A stretch of 62,123 bases of DNA, the filler included, from Sluysia triapertura (lineage: Eukaryota), in the NCBI GenBank assembly GCA_046118255.1. It is 5 parts of 5 records of this genome, joined end to end, with 100 filler letters (N's around TTAATTAATTAA, not from the genome) between each part and the next. Parts side by side here need not be neighbours in the genome. Positions count along the whole stretch, not along the records: positions 49,479 to 62,123 come from JBJNIA010092454.1; 4 more parts are not named here. The stretch is one strand, 5' to 3'. Within the stretch, counting starts at the first letter, position 1. The number at the start of each line of letters is the position of its first letter. The position numbers and the translations under genes were made by a program. The notes beneath the pieces were generated by a model. That model searched no databases, was not told the DNA's origin, and saw nothing but the letters and a program-made list of their open reading frames with translations. This document shows positions 51,282 to 62,123 of this stretch, piece by piece.

Positions 51282-51507
51282 CTGGTAACTTTAAAAACTC
51301 TCAGTAAACGTGCACAACGTAACACTGACACACCCAGTGGTGGCATTACTTCAGTTCTAATCAACATAATTTCCGTGATACTGAATACGACAACAAAAAA
51401 ATCAAATCGATTAAACATGAAGTCAAAATAACACCGAATTCCAAGCGAATACATTTTAATGAGCATCTCCATTGTAAAGAGGACTACAAAAACAATATTG
51501 GCAATAT
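51282..51507 (-). CDS. L-type voltage-gated Ca2+ channel alpha1 (Cav1) exon, domain II S2-S4
   Basis: [23 protein letters not shown]...FNRFDFFVV...[22 protein letters not shown]; bounded by ttcag and gtaat; phase fits the upstream exon. Confidence 0.93.
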
Positions 51508-53383
51508 CTGAAATTATTATAAATAATTCGTTATTATATTATTATTTTTATTTTTATTATTGAAATTCATGAATTTTTATTTTTAATTATTTTTTATTCA
51601 GTTTTGATTTATTTATGTAATAAAATAAATTTTCTATTCTTTTATGGTTACTTTGATTGCATTTTTGAATATTATTGAATATTATATAGTAATTCGTGTT
51701 TTACCGTTATTAGACTTGCAATATCATATTATATTTTATATTTCATAATACTATTATTCGTATTAATGCTAACTTTAAAATAGAATTGCATCGGTATAAA
51801 TCGCAAAAGTTATTCTGGAACATATTTTAATGTTTAATCTCAAATCAAATTAAACATTTAGTACACTATACACAAGACTTAAATAATAGAAATAATTTTA
51901 AAAATTAAAAAATAAAAAATCAGAAGCCAGATATCAGTAGACAAATGTGAGAAATCCGTCTAGAAAATATTAAAGATCAACAAAAAAGTGAATAGTAGAG
52001 AATAAGGAGTATATAAATAAGTACATAGCGTAAAAAATATTTTATGTACTGTAACTAACTAGTAAATAATAGAAGATCCATTACAAAAGAACTATTATAT
52101 AGATAAATTAATTACGAGTAATATTGAATAGAGGAAGTATCATATCTATTCAAAATTACAAAACTATAAGTTGGGAACAACGAAAGATAATAATTGGTTG
52201 TTTTATTGGGAAATTATAAAATTATTTTATTTTCAAAAAAATTATATTACTTGATGATTTGCTAAATTCATTTCGTAGTTGCAACATTTAAAAGATAAAA
52301 ATCAACAAAATAAAAAATATAACATCATAAAAATTCTCTTTAATTGTGACGAATTATTACTTACGCTTATTGCCGCTCAGTATGCATTGTTTATTTATGT
52401 TAGCGCTTGGCTATATCAGTTGTATACAGTGTGATTGGACACTTTAGATTTGTTTGTATCACGTCTACTCCTAATTTAGAATTATGAATGTCCTAAACTA
52501 TTATTATGGATTTCTTTCATTACTTTCATTCGGATTTCTATATTTCTTGAAGTTAGTCTTTACCGTTATTTTTATACTATTGGTAGACTTCTCTCGATTT
52601 TCCCGCGCTTTGATGATTCAAACCGTGGTGATGAAGAATATTTGAGTGAAGTAGAGAAGGTGATACTAACAGTGAAGAACAATAAAGAAGCAGTGATATG
52701 CAATTTTACTTGGCGAAATTTGAACAATTTTACAATAGATATTTTTGCGTCCTGTGAGTGTGATATTGAAAGGGTTAAATGTATTAATAAATGTTTTCTA
52801 TGGTTCCTCCGTTTAATCTATAGATTTATTTCCTCTTTCATATTTCATAAATTAAGTGCATGAAGAAGTGTTTCTTTCTTAATTTGGAATATTTTGATTT
52901 TATTTTATTTAGATTTAATTTAAAATATGAAATCATTTAAGGTTTATATTAAGTTATAAAAATATATATTTATATTTATATATTTTATATTTTGTTAATT
53001 ATGAAATTAAATTTAAACAAATTATGATCTAAATATTATTTGTAAATGTAGTTGTGAGCTAAGTAATTTGGACACCTCAATATTTTTTTTAAAATTTTCA
53101 CATAAACACCACATCTAAAACTGTGTATTGTACTTTATCATAATATTGCATATTTGTTATCCTTAACATTAATTTTCCTGTTCATTATTTTCTAGAGTTT
53201 TAATTATATTCTATTGTATAATACTATTATTCTTTAAATTTGTGTTCAAAGTTTTCATTAATACATTGTTTGATCTTTATTTGGTAAGATATTATTTATA
53301 AAAGAGTTTAGGATGACAAACTAAAAAAGTATATTAAATTTATATTAGGATTTACTGAATAAAAGAAACAATAAAGACTTATA

Positions 53384-53456
53384 CTTTTACATTGTTAACT
53401 ATTTGATAAATCTGAAAATGCTTTTACATTGTTAACTATTTGATAAATCTGAAAAT
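53384..53456. repeat. ~37-bp direct tandem duplication
   Basis: cttttacattgttaactatttgataaatctgaaaat repeated twice. Confidence 0.85.
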
Positions 53457-54282
53457 AATTATGGATACGTACTGCCAGACCACACTAAGATATAATATTT
53501 TTCATTTTGATTAATCATACTGCGTAATTAAATAATTATTCACAACAAAGTATCTAATTATCAGAAATGAATTATGCTTTTTAAATTGATTTTAAAATTT
53601 CTTAAGCAACAGACAATGTGCAGAAATTGTCATTTTTGATAATTGTAAAACTTATGGTAATATAAACATAATAATCTATGCAGAATCCATAATGATAATA
53701 AGTTAGGTGATCGGTTATATACCCTTTGTTTCAAAAATATACAATCAGATACCAGAAAATGTCAAAAGATTAAGAAATATTTAAGAAAAAGGCAAAGTTC
53801 TTTCTGTTTCTGAAATATTATAATGAATGATTTATTTTAAGCGCAATATAAATTAATATATAATAATAATTATTATTATTATAATTATAATTATTATTAT
53901 TATTACTTTAGTAACTTCTTAACAAATACTACTTACATTAATTTTTTCATTCTTCCAATACAATCTAAATCCTATAACATTTATGCGTATCATTGTCTTA
54001 ATCCATTTGTCATATTTAGTCACGTAGACTCCAAAATAACAAAATGTCATTACGCCCACATTTTAAAAAATGAAAAACTTTAAAAGAGCCATTTAATTTT
54101 ATAATTTAATCTTTATTTAAAAAATTATTCAAAATAATAATACTTCTAATTTACATATAATATTAATCATGTTATTTAATTTATGTTTAATAATATTCAT
54201 AAATTTTGTTAATAAATAGAAATAAAAATTTAAATTATTTTATATTTTGGATATATGTTTTAAATTAATTTTTTGTACTAAC

Positions 54283-54443
54283 CTTGGAATGAATCCAACC
54301 ACAGTGGCTGTCTGTAATGCTCACTGGTAAGAACCATAGTATTTAGAAAGACAAGTACTATTACAATCCAATAGAATGTTTGTGATTTAACAAGACGGCG
54401 ACAAATTCTACGACATCGCCGATTGCATTTCCTACCACGTCGA
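54283..54443 (-). CDS. Cav1 alpha1 exon, end of I-II linker and IIS1
   Basis: [53 protein letters not shown]; AG/GT boundaries; phase 1 into the next exon. Confidence 0.93.
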
Positions 54444-54581
54444 CTATAATTATTAAATGGCATACAAGTTTGTCTTATTGTAATAATGATAATGTAATAT
54501 AATTAAATTAAAATTTAAAATCATTATTTTACAAATATAAGTAAATCCAAATTTAAAATCATTATTGCTGGCAAGTATGTG

Positions 54582-55018
54582 TGTTAGATTATCATAAAAC
54601 CCTTTAACATCACTAAATTTATCACGAAAAGCAATTAAAATATTTAAATTATTTAAAATAAACTTATTTTCTAAAAAAAGTAAAAAAAGTTTCTAGAATG
54701 TTCTAGAACATTCTATATTTCTATTTGTTTTTGATTGGCTATTGGTTAATTTATATAGCTGTAGCTGAACCATAAAGCTACCATAATTTTATTTATAAAT
54801 CATTATTTTAATCACTGCTTGTTAATCATAGTCTTTTGTTTTCAATCTTTATTTGTTCATCAATCATTGTTAGAGTAGTTTTTGTGTTTATTCCGATCCA
54901 ATTCTGTCTCAATTCCCTGAAATAAGATTGTTTTTATTCTCACAATCGAAATATTAATTTTTTTTACTTAAAATCTTTTATTTAATCTATTTCCCATCCC
55001 CGATTTAACGAGGTAACA
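54582..55018 (+). mobile_element. HSE-bearing LTR-like repeat, copy 3 (437 bp), antisense in a Cav1 intron
   Basis: TGTTAGATT ... ccccgatttaacgaggTAACA. Confidence 0.6.
54690..54757 (+). promoter_or_regulatory. Perfect five-unit heat-shock element, two reverse CCAAT boxes and TATA
   Basis: TTCtaGAAtgTTCtaGAAcaTTC (54691-54713), ATTGG at 54734 and 54741, TATATA at 54752. Confidence 0.72.
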
Positions 55019-56119
55019 ATTTTATATTAAAATCAAAAGAGAAATTAGTTAAATATCTATAAAGGATTTTAATTATAAATTACCTGTAAATTTTATTGGT
55101 TTCTATAATTTTTGTAAAATTAATTTGAGATGATATTGATTAAAAAAATTCGACCATAAAATAAGAATATTATCAAGGTGACATCAAATAAACTGAAAGA
55201 ATAAGGAATCGAATAAATTTTACGTTAAGATTTATCGATTTATAGTTGCAGGAGTGCCAACTCTACATTATAAGTCGTTTACTGTAACCGGATTCTGCTC
55301 AATTTTATTTTGAACAATTTTGTCCAATTTATTAGTTGGACAAACGTTAATTAAAGATATTATACTGATATTTAAAATTATTAATTATCCAAGACGTTAT
55401 TAATAAACCACTCTAAAATTTCTAAAAATAAACTGATTTACAAAGAGAAAGTTACATGTGGAATCTTTTCGTTGTAATTAAGTTTAAATAGTTTTAAGAC
55501 CAAATAGGAAATAAACTAAACCCTTAATTTTTGTAAATGTAATATATTTGTAATGCTAAAAAAATTTCGTAAAATTAAATAGATTTATTATTATTATATT
55601 GTAATATTTTTATTATTAAAAATTATTATTAATAAGTATTATTATTTATTTAAAAATTCATAGGTATTATTATTACTAAATGTATTATTCAGTATTATTA
55701 TCATTATTAAATCTTCTATTCTTTAAAAAATAATTAAAAAAACTTCTCATGTCAGATATACATTGTCGTTAGTTTGTATTATCTTAAGAAATTTATTATT
55801 TTAACAAAGATAATAACATCTATGCTTAATTTGCATTTAAAAGAAATTCATAAACGAATCATAATATATAGTTAAATGATTAATTATCAGATTGATAATT
55901 AAATTAAACATTAATTTTATAAAATTCAAAAGGTTTTTTAAAGATATTTAAATAACAAAATACAAAATTAAAATTAATGCCGATTATTCGAGCTAATAAT
56001 GGTGAAGTCAGCAAGGATAATCGAAAAACGCGGATAATTCACAAAATAATAAATACTAGTATAATACAAAAACAATGAAAATACATTCAATGCTTTATTA
56101 AAAAATCGATAATTTTGGT

Positions 56120-56284
56120 TTAAGTGAATTTCTCAAAGACATTAATATCATCTCGAATTTTTCTTAAAGATATTGTCATCGTATAGTTGAAGTTCCATTG
56201 ATCAACGTATTCTAGTAAAGTATCGACAGAAGACAGTGCCGTATCGTGACTAATACGATTGGTAATATCTTCTACCGAATTCAT
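56120..56284 (-). mobile_element. Possible pogo/Tigger transposase C-terminal remnant
   Basis: RISHDTALSSVDTLLEYVDQ resembles the SHxEAL...LLxY C-terminal motif. Confidence 0.3.
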
Positions 56285-56779
56285 TTTTATTTGGATTTGA
56301 AATTAGATTCGAAATAATATTCGATTGTATTTTCACTCATTTTAATTAAGTGAAGCTTTTGTTTCACAGAATATTTGACATTGTGATAGGGTATTTTTCT
56401 AAAATAAATTTAAAAAAAATTAATATAAATTAAAATTTTAATTATCATAAGGTATTTTAAAGCTAAAGAAAAATAAGCAATACATACCGTTAAATCAATA
56501 AAATTAAAATTGTACTTAAAATAAATAGATGCCTATTTATTTAAACAATTACGCATTTTCTAAATATTATACACGGATAATCGGGAGTTTACTGTTTAAC
56601 TAATGAATTAAAAGTTTTTATTCATTTGTATTGCTTCAATTTAAATTAGGTTTTACCAATAAAATTTACACAAACTTTTCTGATTTTCATATTTTATACA
56701 ATTTAACATAAGTTTTAAAATCTTAGAAAGTATTATTACATTCGCCAATATATTCATATTAAATCAAAATTGTTATTTT

Positions 56780-56970
56780 GCCAGATCCTTATAAATTGGA
56801 TCTTATTTAAATTCATAAAAACCAATTTCATTACATTAGCGGAACTATAATCATTCGAGAATATTGTTTCTTTGTAACCTCCAACAAGCTTACACTTTTT
56901 ATCTTTCACTGACACCTATGAATTGGCCCTTAATTGTGTAATCCCAATATCATAAGGGACTCACAAAAAG
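56780..56970. repeat. Dispersed repeat, homologous to 12978-13190
   Basis: See 12978-13190. Confidence 0.65.
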
Positions 56971-57709
56971 TAAAATATAATTAACAATAGTATTAAAGTA
57001 AATACATCTCACATTTTAAATAAATTAGTAAAGAATATTAGTCGTAATTTTTTTAATTACACACTTAAATAATTCAGGTGACTATGTAATGTAATTCAAT
57101 TAATCAGTAATGTTAATTATTAACAATGCTAATTATCTCCAAATCAATAGTTTTTGTATAACCATCGTTAATAACTAATGTTAATTTCTGTAGTGATTTT
57201 ACCACCAATATTATATTTTGAGTAACCATTTCTCCTTATAGTTAAATTCAGTTGCGTAGTCATCCTTTTTCTATAGTGTATTAAATGAATTAAAGTGGTA
57301 ATATTGATGAATATTACATCTATATTTAATTTTCTTCCTTATTTATTATATTATAATTCACTTACATAATTGCATACATTCATTTCCGTTTTAGTAAAAT
57401 TTTACTTTTGATGCGGCCATTTGATACATACTTTTTTGACTTATCAATTAAGTGTTGCATGTTCAAAACTAGTTTTACGTTTCAATTTAAAGTCCCATGA
57501 TTCCTTTTCTAGCTTTTAAGGTATCAATTTTAATGACACGAAGATATGTTCCATTTTATTTCATTTTTAGGTCACTACATTGCCAAAATTCAATTTTAAG
57601 TAGTGTACTTTTTTTGCAATTAATTAATCTTACAATATAAATTTTAAAATTATTAATTTTAAATTAAGGAAATATTTCATAAATATTATTTATTTTTAAT
57701 TTTAATAAC

Positions 57710-57857
57710 CTTTTAAGCTGAAAGCAGAAAAAGTACTGTTGCTGTTGTGAATGGTGTCCTCCACCATCACCGTCAAGATCTAATTTATCGGATAATTTGT
57801 CGTCACCATCGTCACTTTTCGACCCTCCTCCCAAACATGCACCACATAACCTAAATT
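57710..57857 (-). CDS. Cav1 alpha1 I-II linker exon (variable region)
   Basis: FRLCGACLGGGSKSDDGDDKLSDKLDLDGDGGGHHSQQQQYFFCFQLK; donor AG|gtta is phase 2, matching the 54443 acceptor; alternative acceptors start the exon at 57857 or 57850. Confidence 0.7.
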
Positions 57858-60043
57858 CTAAATCCAAAAAAACAATATTTACTTTTCTTAATTTTTTTAT
57901 AATTTTATGAAATTATTATGTAAAAATGAAAATTTTCATTATTTTAAAATCAATATTGTAATAACTATTTCGAAATTAGTTACAAATGAAATAACGTAAA
58001 TAGCGAAAATAAATAATTATTTTCTTATAGAAAAATTTCGTTAAGAAATTTAATCAGTATACTTTTGAATTTATAGATGTTTTTAATTATAACAATATGT
58101 TACAATTAAATTTTAATTATTAATATTTAAACAAATATTAATTAAGTACTTGTCTTTAATTGTTAATACTTCATGTCTAACTTAAAATGTATGATTAATT
58201 CATTTATTATTGCACAATCGATTCTTTATAAATCAAAATAAGTTTATTTAATTTGATAATTTTTCATTTTTATACATTAAGCATTTTCAAAATCATAATT
58301 TTGATTAATCATAATTTTGATTAATCTTTAGATTGTTATTAAATATTAAGTGATACTGATGTTAATAAGAAACTTCAGAAAATTTGCAAAAATAAATCTT
58401 CATATTAGTCTACCGCTAAAACTTACCGAATAAGTTTAAAATTGTCGAACTACTGCAACCTAGTAACTAGGGGTAGTATTATTAACCGTAAAATTTATCA
58501 GCAATTTTTATTTAGTTATTATAATAATATAATTTCAGGTTACTTTAAAAACAAAATTATATCTATGGTCAATCTTCAGATCATTAACAAGTAAAAATAA
58601 TTCAGATCAAATTATTTACAGTATTCATTTAGTTATTGTGAGGATTAATCAAATAAAGTTTATTTATTAATATCGATTAATTTTTATTTCTACAACAAAT
58701 TTAGAAATAAATTTATAAGAAAAATTACAATATAAAAATATCGTAAATTTAAATTTTGTTAAATATAATCATCAATTTATATATTTTAAATCCTTTTTAT
58801 CTTATCCATGACCTCTATGTTATGTTACAGTGATATTCAATTTATTGTTCTGATATCAAAAGATTCAACGCTATTCGATCAAGACCACTTTGCTTATTGA
58901 AATGACCTTTATGAAATTAATTATCCATTGGAAAAAATGTTTCGCAAAACGAGTCACAAGTGAGTCTTTAACTGTTCAATGCATTTGCATAATTCTGATA
59001 TATACGTCCTTAGAAAACTTTAACCGTGTGGAGGTCTTGGCTGATCTAAAAGATACATGAAAATTTCTTTTTCAAATACCTTCTTTATAATCGGTGTATT
59101 GCTTGAAAGTCATGTCTACCTAGTTTCAGTGCAACACGTGTTATGTACAGGTGTGTGTGGCATTTGATCGTAACTTGTATAGGATAGAAACGCCCAACCT
59201 CTGTAATTTTTCGACCGCGACCTTCGCAGAGTTAAATAATCAATTATTAAATTTTGATTTTCTTTTGCAGGTAAGTTGTGCATACCATATAATCATATAT
59301 GATTATATGCGATTCATACGTAACAAGCAAAGGATAAAAAAATTAAAAAATGCTATAGTACTAAAAACTATTATAATCGTTTATAACAGTTGCTATGATC
59401 ATCAAATAAATAATATTATAATTTCGATATTTTCTATAATTAAAATGTAAAATGTCTCTAATTCACCAAACACACCTTTATTGTTCAATATTAAGATTGT
59501 ATGTTGCTAACTTTTATTTTTAATTACAATTATTTTTAGGTCATAATTTGTTTACATTTCAACATATCATAAATTAGAATTATATTTTTTGTATCTAACA
59601 AACAAATAATAATATTTTTTATTACTGGAATAAATTACAAGGTTTTTCATATAATTTAATTCTTTTCTTATAATTTAATCCACCTGTCAAATAATAACTT
59701 AATCTTTTCAGAAATTAAATAAAATATGATAATTATAATGCATATATATTATTCAGTAATTAAAAATTTCTTATACTTTCTAGTCTAATTTCATTTACTA
59801 TTCCTATATTTGGCATATTTTTTGGTTAAGGATCTAATAAATTTATTAATTGTTTTAATAAAAGCTCGTAATACTTAAATCATTTGACAAGAATATTAAA
59901 TTAGTTTAATCGTTATTATTATGAATTTACATGATTATGAATTTATTTTGCTTGAATTATTTATTAAGTGAAATAAACATTATTATACAATTATGATACA
60001 CTCATTTTTACATATACTTTGATTAAATATGATAATATCTAAC

Positions 60044-60213
60044 TGCTTTCTTTCACTTGTTCTTTGCATTCATTATCTTCATCATCACTTATCACTTCAG
60101 CAACTCCAATCCAATGCAAATAACCCTGCACATCGTCTTCAAATTGCATTTGTTCACGAGCTTTTTGATACTTACCACGCTTTTTAGCCTTTTCTCTTTC
60201 TTTAGAAAATTCT
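60044..60213 (-). CDS. Cav1 alpha1 exon containing the AID (beta-subunit interaction domain)
   Basis: (G)[39 protein letters not shown] after a phase-2 acceptor (atcag); donor position uncertain; not in the ORF track. Confidence 0.9.
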
Positions 60214-60699
60214 CTGATAATAAAAGCAAAAATATATAAATATATTTAAATAAAAATATTTTTTCATTATGATGAAATATTAAAAATCAAATTCAATTTA
60301 TTTTTGGTAAAGTAAAATTAATATAAATCTTCCCGAATAGAATAAAATGATAATAAAATCATTAAATATAAATTTCAATTTAAATAAAATAAGAAATGTG
60401 TACAAAATAGATTGCAGATATTTTCAATGTAGTACTAAATCTACACAACATGCTAGAATAAAAAATATTAATTTTTATGTGTGTTTTATGCGACTTACAA
60501 AATAAAAATAAATCATGATTCATTTACAATAAATCCTTTCAGAAGACATCCCTATAGGAATATGCATACTTGTATTTTGGATCTGACCTTGAAATTATGG
60601 TTACGTTATTCTCTAATTCATATTGAATAATCCTAAATAGATAATCCCAACTATGTTTTTTATATTTTTAATTACACTATTATTTTTTAGTTTAATAAA

Positions 60700-60769
<70 letters not shown>
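60700..60769. repeat. (AAT)n microsatellite
   Basis: Seen directly. Confidence 0.95.
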
Positions 60770-61625
60770 GGTTGGAAAGAAGGTCTTGACGTATAATTTT
60801 ATACATATTTAAAAAATGTTTAGCCCCTTAATGTGTACACTCGAATTATTTCGAACGCGCTAAACAGGCGAAACTGTACACACTCGAGATAATTTGAGTG
60901 GGATTGTTTTATTGATATTTATCATTTGTGAATTTTTATTATTATTATTTTACTGCTAAAAGTATGTTTTTTTGAAACAGCAATTCTAAATAAAGATAAT
61001 AAAAGTCTATGTATGTGCAAGATTGAACTATCCAAAATTACAATTAAAATTTTTGATTGTTTTTGAATTTTTTGCCAAAACAAGGTTCTAAAAAATTGAT
61101 TTTTTGTCGGTTTTGTCAAAATAGTGTGCGTTAAAGGGTTAAATATAATTATTGAAAACATGTAGGTGTAGATTATTTTTGTTTTATTATAATGTTCATA
61201 TTCGATATTTTCGAATATAATACTTATTTCAAAGTCATTGAAATTTCGAAAGCACAACTCGATTATGCAATAAAAGGTAGACCTAAATCTGGCAGACTAG
61301 TAAAACCTGTTCCACACTTTCAAGTAAAATTTCTTGGAACGATTTTAAAGATTACACATAAGCAGAGGGAAAGTATTTTCTTTATTATCAATATTGAATA
61401 TTGAAACGTTTTTAGATGGTTTAAAAATTGTTATTATCAGTGGATTTTTCTGCAGGTCAAACAGCCGAGCCAATTCAATACAATATTTCTTATAAGACAA
61501 AATATTTGAAGAAATGAATAAAATAAAAGTAATGTAGGCCAAATGAAATAAAAATAACGATTATTTCATTCACTAAATAGAATTAGAATAATTAATTTAT
61601 GTAATTTATTATTTTTCCATATATA

Positions 61626-61672
61626 CCGTGTTTTCCAGAAAATATGATACTAGGGTTTATTTTCAGGGGGTG
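61626..61672 (+). mobile_element. pogo/Tc2-type TIR-like end
   Basis: TA followed by ccgtgttttccagaaaatatgatactagggtttattttcaggggg; partner end not seen. Confidence 0.35.
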
Positions 61673-62055
61673 CCATATTGTCATCAATCGAAAAACAAAG
61701 TTACTAAGTAGAGAATTACGAAATATCTAAATATACAAAAAAAACATGAAAACCGATCTGCATTTACTAATGAATCACACTTTTTATGTTTAATAACACT
61801 AACTATAAATCATTCATTCTTAATTTAACTTATTTTCATTATTGTAAGTCATTTTCATGGACATTATTTGACAAAGGAGAAATGCTTTGATAATTGCTAA
61901 TAATATCTTACTTGGATGATTGTCTGAAAGTGAATCACAATGCGAATTTAATATAGTCATCCACAGTCAGAAAATGAACCAGAATGCTTTAACAATAAAA
62001 GTATCTCAGAATGTATTGACTTTTGTTACGTATCCTTATTGGCAATCAACCAAGA

Positions 62056-62057
<2 letters not shown>

Positions 62058-62098
<41 letters not shown>
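62058..62098. repeat. (AT)n microsatellite
   Basis: Seen directly. Confidence 0.95.
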
Positions 62099-62102
<4 letters not shown>

Positions 62103-62123
62103 TTAAACAAACATATCTATAAA

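Noticed and set aside
3418-60213. An ion-signalling gene cluster (ENaC + STIM + Cav1)
   Set aside because: The genes lie on different linker-separated contigs, so co-location is not evidence
1-62123. Species assignment and tRNA/rRNA genes
   Set aside because: No RNA genes recognised; the species cannot be established from this sequence without a search

Overview
Very AT-rich metazoan (invertebrate) nuclear DNA, not prokaryotic. The window joins five assembly pieces with artificial 100-nt linkers (44N-TTAATTAATTAA-44N at 12353, 23551, 38196, 49379), so adjacency across linkers means nothing; there is also one plain N gap at 46458-46665. Likely intact genes: two tandem, almost intronless DEG/ENaC channels (3.4-8.8 kb, +), an intronless STIM-like EF-hand/SAM ORF lacking the cytosolic Orai-activating region (28.1-29.0 kb, +), and four phase-compatible exons of an L-type (Cav1) calcium channel alpha1 subunit (51.3-60.2 kb, -). 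The rest is dense with decayed sequence. Host-gene relics: two cystathionine gamma-lyase-like copies, up to three CLN3-like copies, a DEAD-box helicase and a possible RhoGEF DH fragment. Mobile-element relics: three Tc1/mariner, a LINE, a Gypsy pol, a Polinton capsid fragment and an FDGRxD-type putative transposase. The most unusual observations are a dispersed ~437-bp TG...CA repeat carrying a heat-shock-element + ATTGG + TATA promoter (3 copies, one antisense inside a Cav1 intron), the truncated STIM paralog, and a CTH-derived family that keeps the PLP lysine but shares loss of the GHSD motif. All homology calls come from manual translation and recalled motifs; no database search was run.
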